The notes beneath the pieces are model-generated. The model had not been told where the DNA came from. It saw only the letters and a list, made by a program, of their open reading frames with translations, and made no database searches. A stretch of 27,535 nt of DNA from Octopus sinensis (lineage: Eukaryota). Positions 1-12,188 of the stretch are shown here, one piece after another. Position numbers and translations under genes: made by a program. Position 1 is the stretch's first letter. The number at the start of each line of letters is the position of its first letter. The DNA is taken from NCBI RefSeq assembly GCF_006345805.1, contig NW_021823604.1, positions 1-27,535 on the forward strand, given 5' to 3'.

Positions 1-656
1 TGTGTGTCTATATGTATGTGAGGGTTATGTATGTATATATGTTTGAGAGTGGGTGCATGTCTATGTGTATGTGTGTGTATATGTATCTGCGCGCGTGCAC
101 TTCTCTCCCCTTTCTCTCCATTTTCTCTGACTCTCCTTTTTCGTCTCGCTCTCTCCTCTTCCTCTTCTTCCTCATCTTTCCTCTCTCCTCATCTCGGATC
201 TACAGAAAATACTTCAACCCGATCCATCTTCTCTAGAACTACATCCCTCTTCTTGGGCTTCGTTTCCTCTTCCTCTCCCTCTCCCTCTTCCTTTTCTTCT
301 TCTTCTTCTTCTACTACTACTTTATCTTCTTCTTCCTCCTCCTTCTCCTCCTCCTCCCACTCTCGCATCAGCCATTAAACTGTATCGATAGAAAAATGAT
401 TTGAACCTCATCCACTTATCTTTATTTAACAAATCCGCCAGCACCGCCGCCACTACCACCACCACCACCACCACCCACCGCTGCCACCGCATCCGTCGCC
501 ATCACCACCACCACCACCAACATCATTACCAACACCAGACGCCCTCCCCCCCTTACACACACATACACACCTTCGCCAAACCTCCGCCTCCAACACGTCT
601 AGCGGAGCATGAAATGACAGCGGAGGCTGTCTCACCCTGTTCACATTAACTAATAA

Positions 657-689
<33 letters not shown>

Positions 690-740
690 CACACACATAC
701 ACACACACACACGCACACGCACGCACACGCGCGCACGCAA
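1..740. repeat. Compound simple repeats: (TG/TATG)n, (CT/TCT)n, (CAC)n, (AC)n
   Basis: Directly visible. Confidence 0.9.
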
Positions 741-1147
741 CACCATAAAGCCCTCTCCCCGCCTTTTCCCGCGCACCGTTCCTTCCACAACACAACAGCC
801 ATATAATAGCTAACACTTAATAAAGCCCTTAATCACTGTATTTAACACAACTGCAATTATATTTGATGTTCGAAACCGCATTAAAAATAATCAGAAACTA
901 CTTTTCATTAATTAAAATCGCTGTCAGCGCTTCATTTATAATTTAATTATCAATTAATCGCAATTCTCGGCGCCATTACATTGCTATTTGCAAATATTTC
1001 TCTTTGGGAAGTTGATTACCGAACTCTCTCCTCTCCGACAATAACCGAGGTTAGAGTTCGGCTGACGACGTCTAAAACGTCTGATGGTTTACAAATGTTC
1101 GAAGTTGTCTCCCTTGTGTGTATATTGTTCGGCCAAAACAATGGACT

Positions 1148-1585
1148 CATTCTTTTAGTCTTTTACGTGTTTCAGTCATTCGACTGCGGCCATGGTGGGG
1201 CACCCGCCTTAAAAGGGATTTTATAGTAGAAAAGGTCGATCCCCATCCCCCAAGACTTATTCTTTGTAAGTCTAGTACTTTTTGTATCGGTCTGTTTTGC
1301 TTAACCGCTACGTTGCAGGGAAGTAAACACACCAACATCGGTCGGCAAGGACACACACACGCACACATGTGTGTGTGTTGTGTGTGTGTGAGAGAGTGTG
1401 TGTGCGTGTGTGCGTGTATGTGTGCATAAGACATGCTTCTTTCAGTTTCCTTCTACGAAATCCACTCACATGGCTTTGGTCACCCCGAGTTTATAGTAAA
1501 AGACACTTGCCCAAGGTGCAACGCAGTGAGACTGAACTCGGAACCATGTGATTGGGAAGCGAGGTACTTACCATGCAGCCACGCT
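1148..1585 (-). mobile_element. Family B composite SINE: tRNA-like head, CORE-like block, internal (TG)n, 3' module
   Basis: The minus strand reads GCGTGGCTGCATGGTAAG...GAGTTCAGTC (A/B-box-like), CACCTTGGGCAAGTGTC (CORE-like), GAAACTGAAAGAAGC, a microsatellite, then ...GGCCGCAGTCGAATGACTGAAAC. The same blocks recur at about 2838, 21015 and 24363. Confidence 0.8.
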
Positions 1586-1655
1586 AATATTAACATAGAG
1601 TTAATTAATATCAGATATGATTTTTTAAATTATTTTTTAGTCACTGTCTTTAATT

Positions 1656-1865
1656 CGACTGGCAGAATCGTTAACACACGGGACAAATTGCTTAGCAGCA
1701 TTTCGTCCGTCTTTACTATCTGAGTTCAAATGTTACGGAAGTCGATCGACTTTGCCTTCAGCTCTTTCGGGTTCGATAAATTAAGTACCAGTTGAGTACT
1801 GGGGTCGATGTAATCGACTACCCCACTTCTCTGAACATGCTGGCCTTGTGCCAAAGTTTGAAATC
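1656..1865 (+). mobile_element. Family A tRNA-derived SINE, monomer, diverged
   Basis: CTGGCAGAATCGTTA head, TGAGTTCAAAT B-box-like motif, TTTCGGGTTCGATAAATTAAGTACCAG body and GGCCTTGTGCC tail, shared with more than 8 other copies in the window. Confidence 0.8.
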
Positions 1866-2176
1866 CAGTACGTAACTGGTACTTACTTAATCGACTCCGA
1901 AAGGATGAAAGGCAAAAACTCAGAACGCAGCGGCAGACGAAATACCCATTTCTTTTCTACCCACAAGGGGCTAAACACAGAGAGGACAAACAAGGACAGG
2001 CAAACGGATATTAAGTCGATTATATCGCCTCCAGTGCGTAGCTGGTACTTAATTAATCGACCCCGAAAGGATGAAAGGCAAAGTCAACCTCGGCGGAATT
2101 TGAACTCAGAACGTAAAGACAGACGAAGTACCACAAAGCATTTCGCCCGGCGTGCTAACGTTTCTGCCAGCTCAAC
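1866..2176 (-). mobile_element. Family A SINE, head plus two body units
   Basis: Reverse complement of GAGCTGGCAGAAACGTTAGCACGCCGGGCGAAATGC followed by two CCTTTCATCCTTTCGG units. Confidence 0.9.
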
Positions 2177-2636
2177 CGTCTATTCCTATTATTACTCATG
2201 TCTTTGCTCCTACAAATTAACTTTTTACCTAATCGAATGAAATCAATATCTTTTTACAATGGTTTGTCATGAAATCGATCGTTTCTTGTTTTAACGCCTC
2301 GTTATAAACAAATATTTATCATTCGAGAAATATATCCGTATCTATATTAACAAACACACTGGCGTGCGGTCGTCATGTTCGTTGGGGGTTATTATTACTG
2401 GCGATGTTGTTGTTGTTGTCGGTGTTGTTGTTGGTCTTGGTGGCGGTGATAATGATGGTGGTGTTTAGCCCCAGGCGGGTTCTAAGTGGACCGTACTACC
2501 ATCGAAGATATTCAAGTCAGCACCGAACCATCTTATTATCAGAACACTGTATCTCTTCAGAGACTGTGTGATTATATTATCCGACAGATTCAAGGCGACG
2601 TGCTGGCAGAATGCTAAGCGGTACTTCGTCTGGCTT

Positions 2637-2776
2637 TACATACATACATACATACATACATACACACATACATACACACATACATACATACATACACACA
2701 CACATACATACAGCATACATACATACATATATACTATATGTGTGTGTGTTGTATTTATGTAGTATGTATGTATATG

Positions 2777-2822
<46 letters not shown>
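2637..2822. repeat. (TACA)n and (TA)n microsatellite
   Basis: Directly visible. Confidence 0.95.
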
Positions 2823-2825
<3 letters not shown>

Positions 2826-2837
2826 GCCGTCTACTAT

Positions 2838-3066
2838 TTTACTTGTTTCGGTCAATGGACGGCGGCCATGCTGGGGCACCCCTTTCACAGGATTAGTTTA
2901 CGGGGACGTAAACAAACCGACACGGGTCGTCAAGCGTTGATGTGGGTAACAAACATGAACACGAATGCACGCACACACATACACACACACGCATGCACAC
3001 ATACACACACACACACATACAAACGCATTTAGAGCGACGGGCCTCTTCTAACTTACGTGTACCAAA
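2838..3066 (-). mobile_element. Family B SINE fragment (3' module, internal (CA)n and adjacent block)
   Basis: GCGGCCATGCTGGGGCACC, CGGGGACGTAAACAAACC...GTCAAGCG and GACGGGCCTCTTC...TACCAAAT match the reverse complement of family B blocks. Confidence 0.65.
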
Positions 3067-3067
3067 T

Positions 3068-3103
<36 letters not shown>

Positions 3104-3329
3104 GAATATATATGTGTGTGTGTATGTATATGTATATGTATAATTACATGTATGCTGTACATGTGTTTGTATACATATATGTGTGTGTGTGTGTGGTGTG
3201 ATGTAAGGTATTGTTTTAGTATTATCACATAATCCTTTATCATGCATAATTATACGAAGCACCATACGGCCTCATATAATTATGTTATTTCCCTTTCATC
3301 TCCTTATATGAATTGAGCTGTATATAAAA

Positions 3330-4220
3330 TACTGCCTTATAAACATAAAACCATATACCATACTGCATTATATAATTATGTTATGTGTACGCTTCTGCCT
3401 TATATTATTAAGTTATATACCTCACTTCTTTGAATCATTTTGCTAACATATAGTTCATGTTGCATATGCTATCATATAGTTCATGTAAGGTGTAATATAC
3501 TGCCTAACGTCATGCCATGCACTATACAGTATAATTATATCTCATGGGGCAATTATACACCCTTATATTGGATATTGCCTTACAACATTAACCCATATAC
3601 CCTATACTGGATTGCCGTGAGTCTTTATGTAATATGACATATACCATACAGCCTTAATTGCCTTATTTCTTTATGCCATATTGCATGAACGAGGTCGCTT
3701 TATATTTTTATAGGGCGTAAGGGATTTTTTTATACTCAGTATTGTCTTATATCTTTATGACATATATGCAATTGCCTTATATCTTTGTGTCGTATAACAT
3801 ATACGAAATTATCTAGAATCTTTATGCCGTATTCGGGAATTCCGCATCGTGTATTATACAATACACAGAACTGCCTTATATCTTTATGCTATATATAAAA
3901 TTGCCTTAAGTAATTAAGCCATATATCATGCACGAAGTTACATCTTTATGCTATGCGCCACATACGGAATCAGCTTATTTTTTAATATCCTATACGGTAT
4001 TGCCTTATCCGTTTATGCTATATAAGGAATTGCCTTATATTTTTTGCTATATTTTACAGTTAAGTGATTTCCTCATGTCCTTATGCTATAGACAATACAT
4101 AGAAATGCTTTATATCTTTATGCCACACTTCATGTACATGATCGCCTTATATTTTTATATCATATACCATACTACGTTATATCATTAAGCCATATAACGT
4201 AAACTATACTGCTTTATATA
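3330..4220. repeat. Decayed minisatellite, consensus about ATTGCCTTATATCTTTATGC
   Basis: The motif recurs at about 3331, 3395, 3574, 3611, 3657, 3741, 3771, 3870, 3900, 3999, 4029, 4104 and 4141. Confidence 0.75.
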
Positions 4221-4269
4221 AAAGAGTCACTGTCTTACTGCTTTCTAACTTCCTGATATATACAATATT

Positions 4270-4633
4270 TTTTTCTCTAGGCACAAGGCCTGAAATCTTG
4301 GGGAGGGGGCCGGTCAATTAGATTCACCTCAGTATGCAACAGGTGCTTAATTTATTGACTTCGAAAGGATGAAAGGCAAAGTCGACCTCGGCGGAATTTG
4401 AACTCAGAATGTAAAGACAGACGAAATACCATTTCTTTACTACCCACAAGGGGCTAAACACAGAGAGGACAAACAAGGACAGACAAACGGATTAAGTTGA
4501 TTATATCGACCCCAGTGCGTAACTGGTACTTATTTAATCGACCCCAAAAGGATGAAAGGCAAAGTCGACCTTGGTGGAATTTGAACTCAGAACGTAGCGG
4601 CAGACGAAATACCGCAAAGCATTTCGCCCGGCT
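4270..4633 (-). mobile_element. Family A SINE, two body units, partial head
   Basis: Two GAAAGGATGAAAGGCAAAGTCGACC..GGAATTTGAACTCAGAA blocks, ending in AGCATTTCGCCCGG. Confidence 0.9.
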
Positions 4634-4804
4634 AGCCTTAACATAAGGTCCATAAGTAAATATCAATACAATACCAAGTAGGGCAATATAGAATGCAGGG
4701 TGTGGGGGTAATCAGAGATGTATAAGGGTAAGGGGTCTGAGATAAAGACATACTGCCCCCTCCCCAATATTTCGGGCCTTGTGTCTAGATTAGAAAAGAA
4801 TATG

Positions 4805-4858
<54 letters not shown>

Positions 4859-5262
4859 TTGTGTGCCTGTTCTTAAGCTTTATATGATTGTGTATATTTG
4901 GAAAATATGTTAGAGCACAGGAAAATATGTGTTGTGCTATATATATGTTTTGACCTGTGCTCGGAGTTCAAATCCCGCTGAAGTCAAATTTTCTGAGTTG
5001 ATTCTAAGAAAAAAAAAAAAAAAAAAGGTACCAGTTCAGAGGCAACGGGCTAAATTGGCAGAACTGTTTCGTTTATATATACCCGGCACTTAGCGTTCTG
5101 ACAGCAACGTCTGTGGCGATTCTAGGGTCTAGTTCTAGGGGACCAGCGGCCCTTTGTGGAAAAGGGAAAATCACATCACAAGAAAATTTTTGCTCAGGCC
5201 TGCGATTACGGGGCCATATAAATGGTAGCCCTGACGGATAAGGCCACCCTGAACGTACGTGT

Positions 5263-5790
5263 TTGTGTAATGTATGCAATATGTGTGTGTGTAATGTGCG
5301 TGTGTGTGTGTATAATGTGCATGTGTGTGTGTAATGTGGTGTGTGTGTGTATAATGTGCATGTGTGTGTGTAATGTGCATGTGTGTGCGTGTAATGTGCT
5401 TGTAATGTATGTAATGTGTACGCAATGTGTGTGTGTGTTTAATGTATGTGTATGTAAAGTGCGAGTGTGTGTGTAATGTGCAAATGTGTGTGTGTGTAAT
5501 GTGCATGTGTCGTGTGTATGTGTCATTTGGGTAATGTGTGTGTAACGTATGTGTAATGTGTGTGTAATATGTGTGCAATGTGTGTGTGTAATGTGTGTAT
5601 AATGTATGAGTGTGTGCGTGTGTGTGCATTCGTGTAGAGTGTGTGTGTTCGTGTAGTGTGTGTATTTGTGTAATGTGTGTGTATAAGCTGTGTTTGTGTA
5701 GTGTGTATGTATAAGCTGTGTATGTGTGTGTGCATAAGCTCTGTGTGTGTGTGTGTGTATAAGCTGTCTGTGTGTGTGTGTGTGTGTTTT
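5263..5790. repeat. TG-rich degenerate minisatellite (TGTGTGTAATGTG units)
   Basis: Directly visible. Confidence 0.9.
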
Positions 5791-6431
5791 ACCTTACCGT
5801 AAACTAATAAACTCTCGCTCTTCCTATTTAGATGGAGAAATGGCTGCCATCGGCCGAGCAAATGTCCGTGAAAGAAGACAACTCGAAAGACTGACCTGTC
5901 CAAGCTAATATTTGTACACACCTCCACCTGGACACATCCACGCAGAACTAATCACAACACTAATTATATAAATATTTATATATATATATATATGTATGTA
6001 TATACATACACACATCAACACTAACACAGACACACACACACGTATATACACACATATTATCATATATATTTATATATATATCCAGTTGGTGTGTATTCTA
6101 CATCGGCTATCAATCTATATTTAATCAGGTGAGCTATTTGCTTTACAAAATTATTTGTGTATATTTATACTACCTGATCGATCACATCGACTTTCATATA
6201 TGTATTATCTTGTTGTTGTTGTCGTTGTTGTAGTAGAGACGCTGTTGGTCAACGCTGACTGACCAAACAAATCCATGACAGATACATTCCTACCATGATC
6301 ACCCACAACGATTTTTTTTTTCCTTTTGTTTTTTATACTTATACATTCACTTATTTGCCATCATCATCATCATCATCATTATAATAATAATAATAATTAT
6401 TATTATTATAATTATTATTATCATTATTCAG

Positions 6432-7376
6432 GTGGTGAGCTGGCAGAAACGTTAGCACGCCGGGCGAAATGCTTTTCGGTATTTCGTTCTGCCGCTACGT
6501 TCTGAGTTCAAATTCCGCCGAGGTCGACTTTGCCTTTCATCCTTTCGGGTCGATTAATAAGTACAGTTACGCACTGGTGTCGATATAATCGACTTAATCC
6601 GTTTGTCAGTCCTCCCTCTGTTTAGCCTCTTGTGAGTAGTAAAAAAATAGGTATTTTGCCAGCCGTTACGTTCTGAGTTCAAATTCCGCCGAGGTCGACT
6701 TTGCCTTTCATCCTTTCGGGGTCGATTAAATAAGTACCAGTTACGCACTGGTGTCGATATAATCGACTTAATCCGTTTGTCAGTCCTCCCTCTATTTAGC
6801 CTCTTGTGAGTAGTAAAAAAATAGGTATTTTGCCAGCCGTTACGTTCTGAGTTCAAATTCCGCCGAGGTCGACTTTGCCTTTCATCCTTTCGGGGTCGAT
6901 TAAATAAGTACCAGTTACGCACTGGTGTCGATATACTCGACTTAATCCGTTTGTCAGTCCTCCCTCTGTTTAGCCTCTTGTGAGTAGTAAAAAAATAGGT
7001 ATTTTGCCAGCCGTTACGTTCTGAGTTCAAATTCCGCCCAGGTCGACTTTGCCTTTCATCCTTTCGGGGTCGATTAAATAAGTGCCAGTTACACACTGGT
7101 GTCGATATAATCGACTTAATCCGTTTGTCTGTCCTTGTTTGTCCCCCTGTGTTTAGCCCCTTGTGGGTAGTAAAGAAATAGGTATTTCGTCTGCCACTAC
7201 GTTCTGAGTTCAAATTCCGCCGAGGTCGACTTTGCCTTTCATCCTTTCGGGATGAAATAAGTACCAGTCGATTAAATAAGTACCGGTTATGCACTGGGGT
7301 CGATATAATCGACTTAATCCGTTTGTCTGTCCTTGTTTGTCACCTGTCTGTTTAGTCCCTTGTGGGCAATAAAGAC
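6432..7376 (+). mobile_element. Family A SINE expanded into one head plus five tandem body units
   Basis: Head GGTGAGCTGGCAGAAACGTTAGC at about 6432. The anchor TTCTGAGTTCAAATTCCGCC recurs at 6500, 6671, 6845, 7019 and 7202 (periods 171, 174, 174, 183 bp). Flanked by (ATT/ATC)n. Confidence 0.95.
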
Positions 7377-8541
7377 ATTATTATCATTATTATTATTATT
7401 ATTATTATTATTGTTATTGCTAGTACTTATAGTAGTCGTAGTAGTAATAGTACTTGTAGACAAACATTATAGAACTTAGGAATAGTTTATGAAATTTCTC
7501 AACCGGTCGGCTGATAATATCATTCAGGCAAATTTAGCTGCTCTTTCTAGCTCCCTCACACACCCTTTGCTTGATACTTCGTGCAGGCGCTCCGACCCTG
7601 TTGTCATAGACAATCTCGTTGCTATTGCAAAAGGCTTGCGTGCGAGTGATACGGGTTTTCTTTAATGTTCACTACTTAAGCAATCACTCGACCGTTCACT
7701 CTTACTAATTCATTCAGCTGATAATTATGGAGAGATACAGCGTTGTATGATCGTTAATTCCCACCTGGTAAACACTAGTTATATATATATACATATTTAT
7801 ACACATATACATACATACATACATACATACATACATACATACATACATACATACATAATAAAAATATATAATTCAAATTAACAGAAAAACAAAGACGATA
7901 TATATATATTATTATATATATATAAGGATAAGATCGATATTTAAATACCGATCTTATCAGGTGGCCAGCATGGGATAAAAACACATTTGAAAGGTAATAA
8001 TTATTTAAAATTATAATTTAGGCCATTTCCAGCGTGGACGTATCTCTTAGATACCCTAAATTATAATATATATATACATATATATTATATATATATATAT
8101 ATTATATATATATATATATATCTAATATATATATATATATATATAATATATAGTATATATATATAGTATATATATTGATAGAAATGGTAGGGACAACAAA
8201 AGAATGAAAGAGACCTCGAGAGTATGTAAATAGGGGAATTTACCTGTAAATACAATATGTGACAATTATTCGGTAGCCATGATAAAATCCGAGTTTCGGA
8301 TGTCGGAGCGGAAACCCACGCCGCCATCGAAAAAAAAAAAGATCAAAATTTTTTTCGATGGCGGATGAAAGGTAAAATCAGCCTTGGAGCAATGTGAACA
8401 CGGAACGCTGGCGGAATCGAAAGTACGTCGGACTAAGTGCTTAGCAGCATTTCGTCCGACGTACTTCCGATATACAATAAAATGCAATATATAATATATG
8501 CGTGGACATGTGTATGTGTGCGTATATTCATATATACATAT

Positions 8542-8586
<45 letters not shown>

Positions 8587-9319
8587 ATTTATATTTATAT
8601 ATATACATAAGTATATACACACATGCACACACTCACACCCGCACATACACATACATAAATACGTACATACATACATACATACAAATATACACCAGTGTTA
8701 ATTATCAGCTGGCAAACTAATTTATGCGTATATTAAATATACACACAATATATTTTGTTCATTGCGATGTAAACGTTAATTTTCTCCTAGTTAAAATATT
8801 TATGAGCATGATAAATACACACTCACACACACACATACACACGCGCGCACACACACACATCACACACACACACATACACACACATCACACACACACACAT
8901 CACACACACACACACACAGAGAAATATATAAAGACATCACTCTGTAAACTTAGATGTTTATTTGGCAAAACATTTTCTGCGTGAATCGAATTTAAACACA
9001 GAAAAAATACATATACACAGGTTTGTGTAAGGCGGTAACAGACAAACTCTTTAATGTGTAGATTACATATATACACACGGAAAGTATATTATATACACAC
9101 ACGATTGTATGAACGTTAATAGATAAACTATTTTATTTGTACGTCTAAAATATTCACAGGTATATACACACACCGTTCTGTAAACGTTAATTTTTATTTG
9201 GTGAAATATTTTATTAGTACATGAATGATATACGCATAAAAACGCGCACACGACTCTCTATAAACGTAAATTTTTATCTTGTACATTATATATCTGTATA
9301 TTTTGAATATATACAATCA

Positions 9320-9760
9320 CAAATTTAATATATATACACATATGCAAGTATAAATTATATTTAATATATACACATATACACATATAAATTATATTTGATA
9401 TATTCGCACATACAAATAAATTATATTTAATATATAGACATATATACATGTGTAAACATATACACATATATACACATATGCACATATGAATTACATTTAA
9501 TATATACACACATATATATAAATTATATTTAATATATACACATATACACATATAAATTATATTTGATATATTCGCATATACAAATAAATTATATTTAATA
9601 TATAGACATATACACTGGTGTAAACATATACATATATATACACATATGCACATATAAATTATATTTAATATATACTCACATATATATATATAAATTATAT
9701 TTATTATATACACATATACACATAAATTGTATTTAATATATTCTCATATGCACATATAGA
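9320..9760. repeat. AT-rich minisatellite with 168-bp higher-order duplication
   Basis: Monomer anchor AAATTATATTTAATATA. Variant markers recur 168 bp apart (ATATTTGATA at 9391 and 9559; TAGACA at 9435 and 9603). Confidence 0.8.
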
Positions 9761-9945
9761 TATGTTTAATATACACACATACACATATAAATGGTATTTA
9801 ATATATTCGCATATACACATAAATATATACACATATACACGTATTTACACATATACACATATAGATTATATTAATATATACACATATAAATTTGATATAA
9901 ATATATATAAAAGTGTAAATTACATTTCCTGTAGAGACACCCAAA

Positions 9946-10158
9946 GGAGGCGAGCTGGCAGAAACGTTAGCACGCCGGGCGAAATGCACAGCAGTATCTT
10001 GTCGTCTTTACGTTCTCAGTTCAAATTCCGCCGCGGTCAACTTTTCCTTTCATCCTTTCGAGGTCGAAAAATCAAGCACCAGTGAAACACTTGGGTGAAT
10101 GTAATCGACTATTCCTCTCCTCTAAATATCAGACCTTGTGCTTATAGCAGAAAAGAAT
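9946..10158 (+). mobile_element. Family A SINE monomer
   Basis: GGCGAGCTGGCAGAAACGTTAGCACGCCGGGCGAAATGC head, CAGTTCAAATTCCGCC, CCTTTCATCCTTTCG and a GACCTTGTGCTTATAGCAGAAAAGAAT tail. Confidence 0.88.
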
Positions 10159-10467
10159 GTATATATATATATACACAAGTACATAAACACCCGTGTGTAA
10201 ACTTAAATTTTCAGACGATAAGCACTGATTTTTTTTTGTTAGTGTATATCAAGCGTATATATATATATATAATCATATAAAAGGGAAATGGAATTTAATT
10301 AAAATTAAAATATTCAATCAAAATTTACATTTCCAGTGGTCTAACGCGCAAAAAAAAATTAGTCAAGAAGACTATATATTAGTCATACGATATAGTGTAT
10401 ACTTATACACATAAGGAATCCACTTAACGTGAATTCAACACATTAGAAAGAACAGCTAGGTTCTGTG

Positions 10468-10514
<47 letters not shown>

Positions 10515-11203
10515 CATGTCCACATATGCAAGTATACGCATGAGAAGACATACATAAAACAAAACATACAAATCTGCACATATACATACATCAATACATA
10601 CAACCATGTATACACACATACATACATGTATAAAACCATGTATACATACATATATACGTACGTACTTACATACATATATACGTACGTACATACATACATA
10701 CGTACATACATACATACGATTATAGATGCACACAAATCCTTAATTCATAAGATACAAATAATATGCGGAAGCATAAAAATCTGCAATACATTCTTAAGAT
10801 TTAAAGTATGATTAACTAAACAAGATGGTTTCCTTCACAACCCTGCCAGCAAGATGACGGCCGATCAAAATTTATTCTAAATCAATGGGAGAAAAAGATT
10901 AAAATACAAGTGCGTGAATAGAATTCTATACTACAGGAATTGGGACGATGTGATTTCCTTCAAATGATATATCGTTGTATCTAGATGGGTCCATAGTGAA
11001 TCCTATTCAATAAATATCTTGATCAACTTAGAGAGTATTTCATATAATTAATTAACATAAATTTATAGATATTTAGATTTGGCAGACAACAGTGTGACAG
11101 TATGCGAGGAGAGGAACGAAAGGTAAAAACTATATATACATAAAGACTGTCACATAGGCACACGCATATATGCATACATGGAAATATATATGTGTTTGTA
11201 TGT

Positions 11204-11385
<182 letters not shown>

Positions 11386-12061
11386 ATATATGATAAATGC
11401 GGAAACTAATTTCTGTGTGTCAGTGTGTCACACTTTGAACCCCTCTCTTACTATTCAACGACACTTCGTCATGCTGGGATGAGAGTAATAGTAGGCATAG
11501 AGACGGTGAGGGGCGGTAGCGATGGCAGACAAACAGACAGAAAGAAAGAAAGAAAAAGAGAGGGAGAGAAAGAGAGAGACAAGGAAATTTAGGGACAGTT
11601 GATGATGTTTTATTAAAAGTAGTAGTGTTGATGGTGGCAGTGGGAGTAATAATAAGAGAGAGAGGGAGAGAGAGAGTGTGTGGGGGGGGTATGTGAGAGA
11701 AAGAGGGAGATGATGTACAACTTTCCTGAACAGAAATTCCTGTGGCCATACTGAACCACCTACTGAACAATATCGTTTTTGTTTTATTTTTTGCTTTCTG
11801 TAATACACACACACATACACACAATCACACATATACACGGACGCACGAACACACACACACACACACATATATATTTATATTTATGTATGTATGTATGTAT
11901 GTATGTATGTATGTATGTATGTATGTATGTTTAATCATCCGAAATTGCGAGGATGATCCGGTTCTTGACTGAAGATTGAAGGGTTCGAATGTCCCGTCCG
12001 TGTTTTTTGTATCGTCTTCTAAATGTTTTGCGTTCTTGTCCCAGTTTGTATTTTTTTACAT

Positions 12062-12105
<44 letters not shown>

Positions 12106-12148
12106 TATATATATATAATATATATATATATATATAATATATATATAC

Positions 12149-12188
<40 letters not shown>

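Noticed and set aside
31-649. Ser-rich and His/Thr-rich ORFs that resemble transcription-factor low-complexity regions
   Set aside because: They derive from (TCT)n and (CAC)n, start at non-ATG codons and have no domain or splice support.
6554-7294. 246-aa minus-strand ORF with repeated peptide
   Set aside because: It is the antisense reading of the SINE tandem array, and the peptide repeat follows the 174-bp unit.
6432-7376. CRISPR-like regular repeat
   Set aside because: Whole units repeat with no unique spacers, the context is eukaryotic, and there are no cas genes.
11960-12000. CTGAAGA...CGAAT hammerhead-like motif
   Set aside because: It has GAAU instead of GAAA and no stem I complement.
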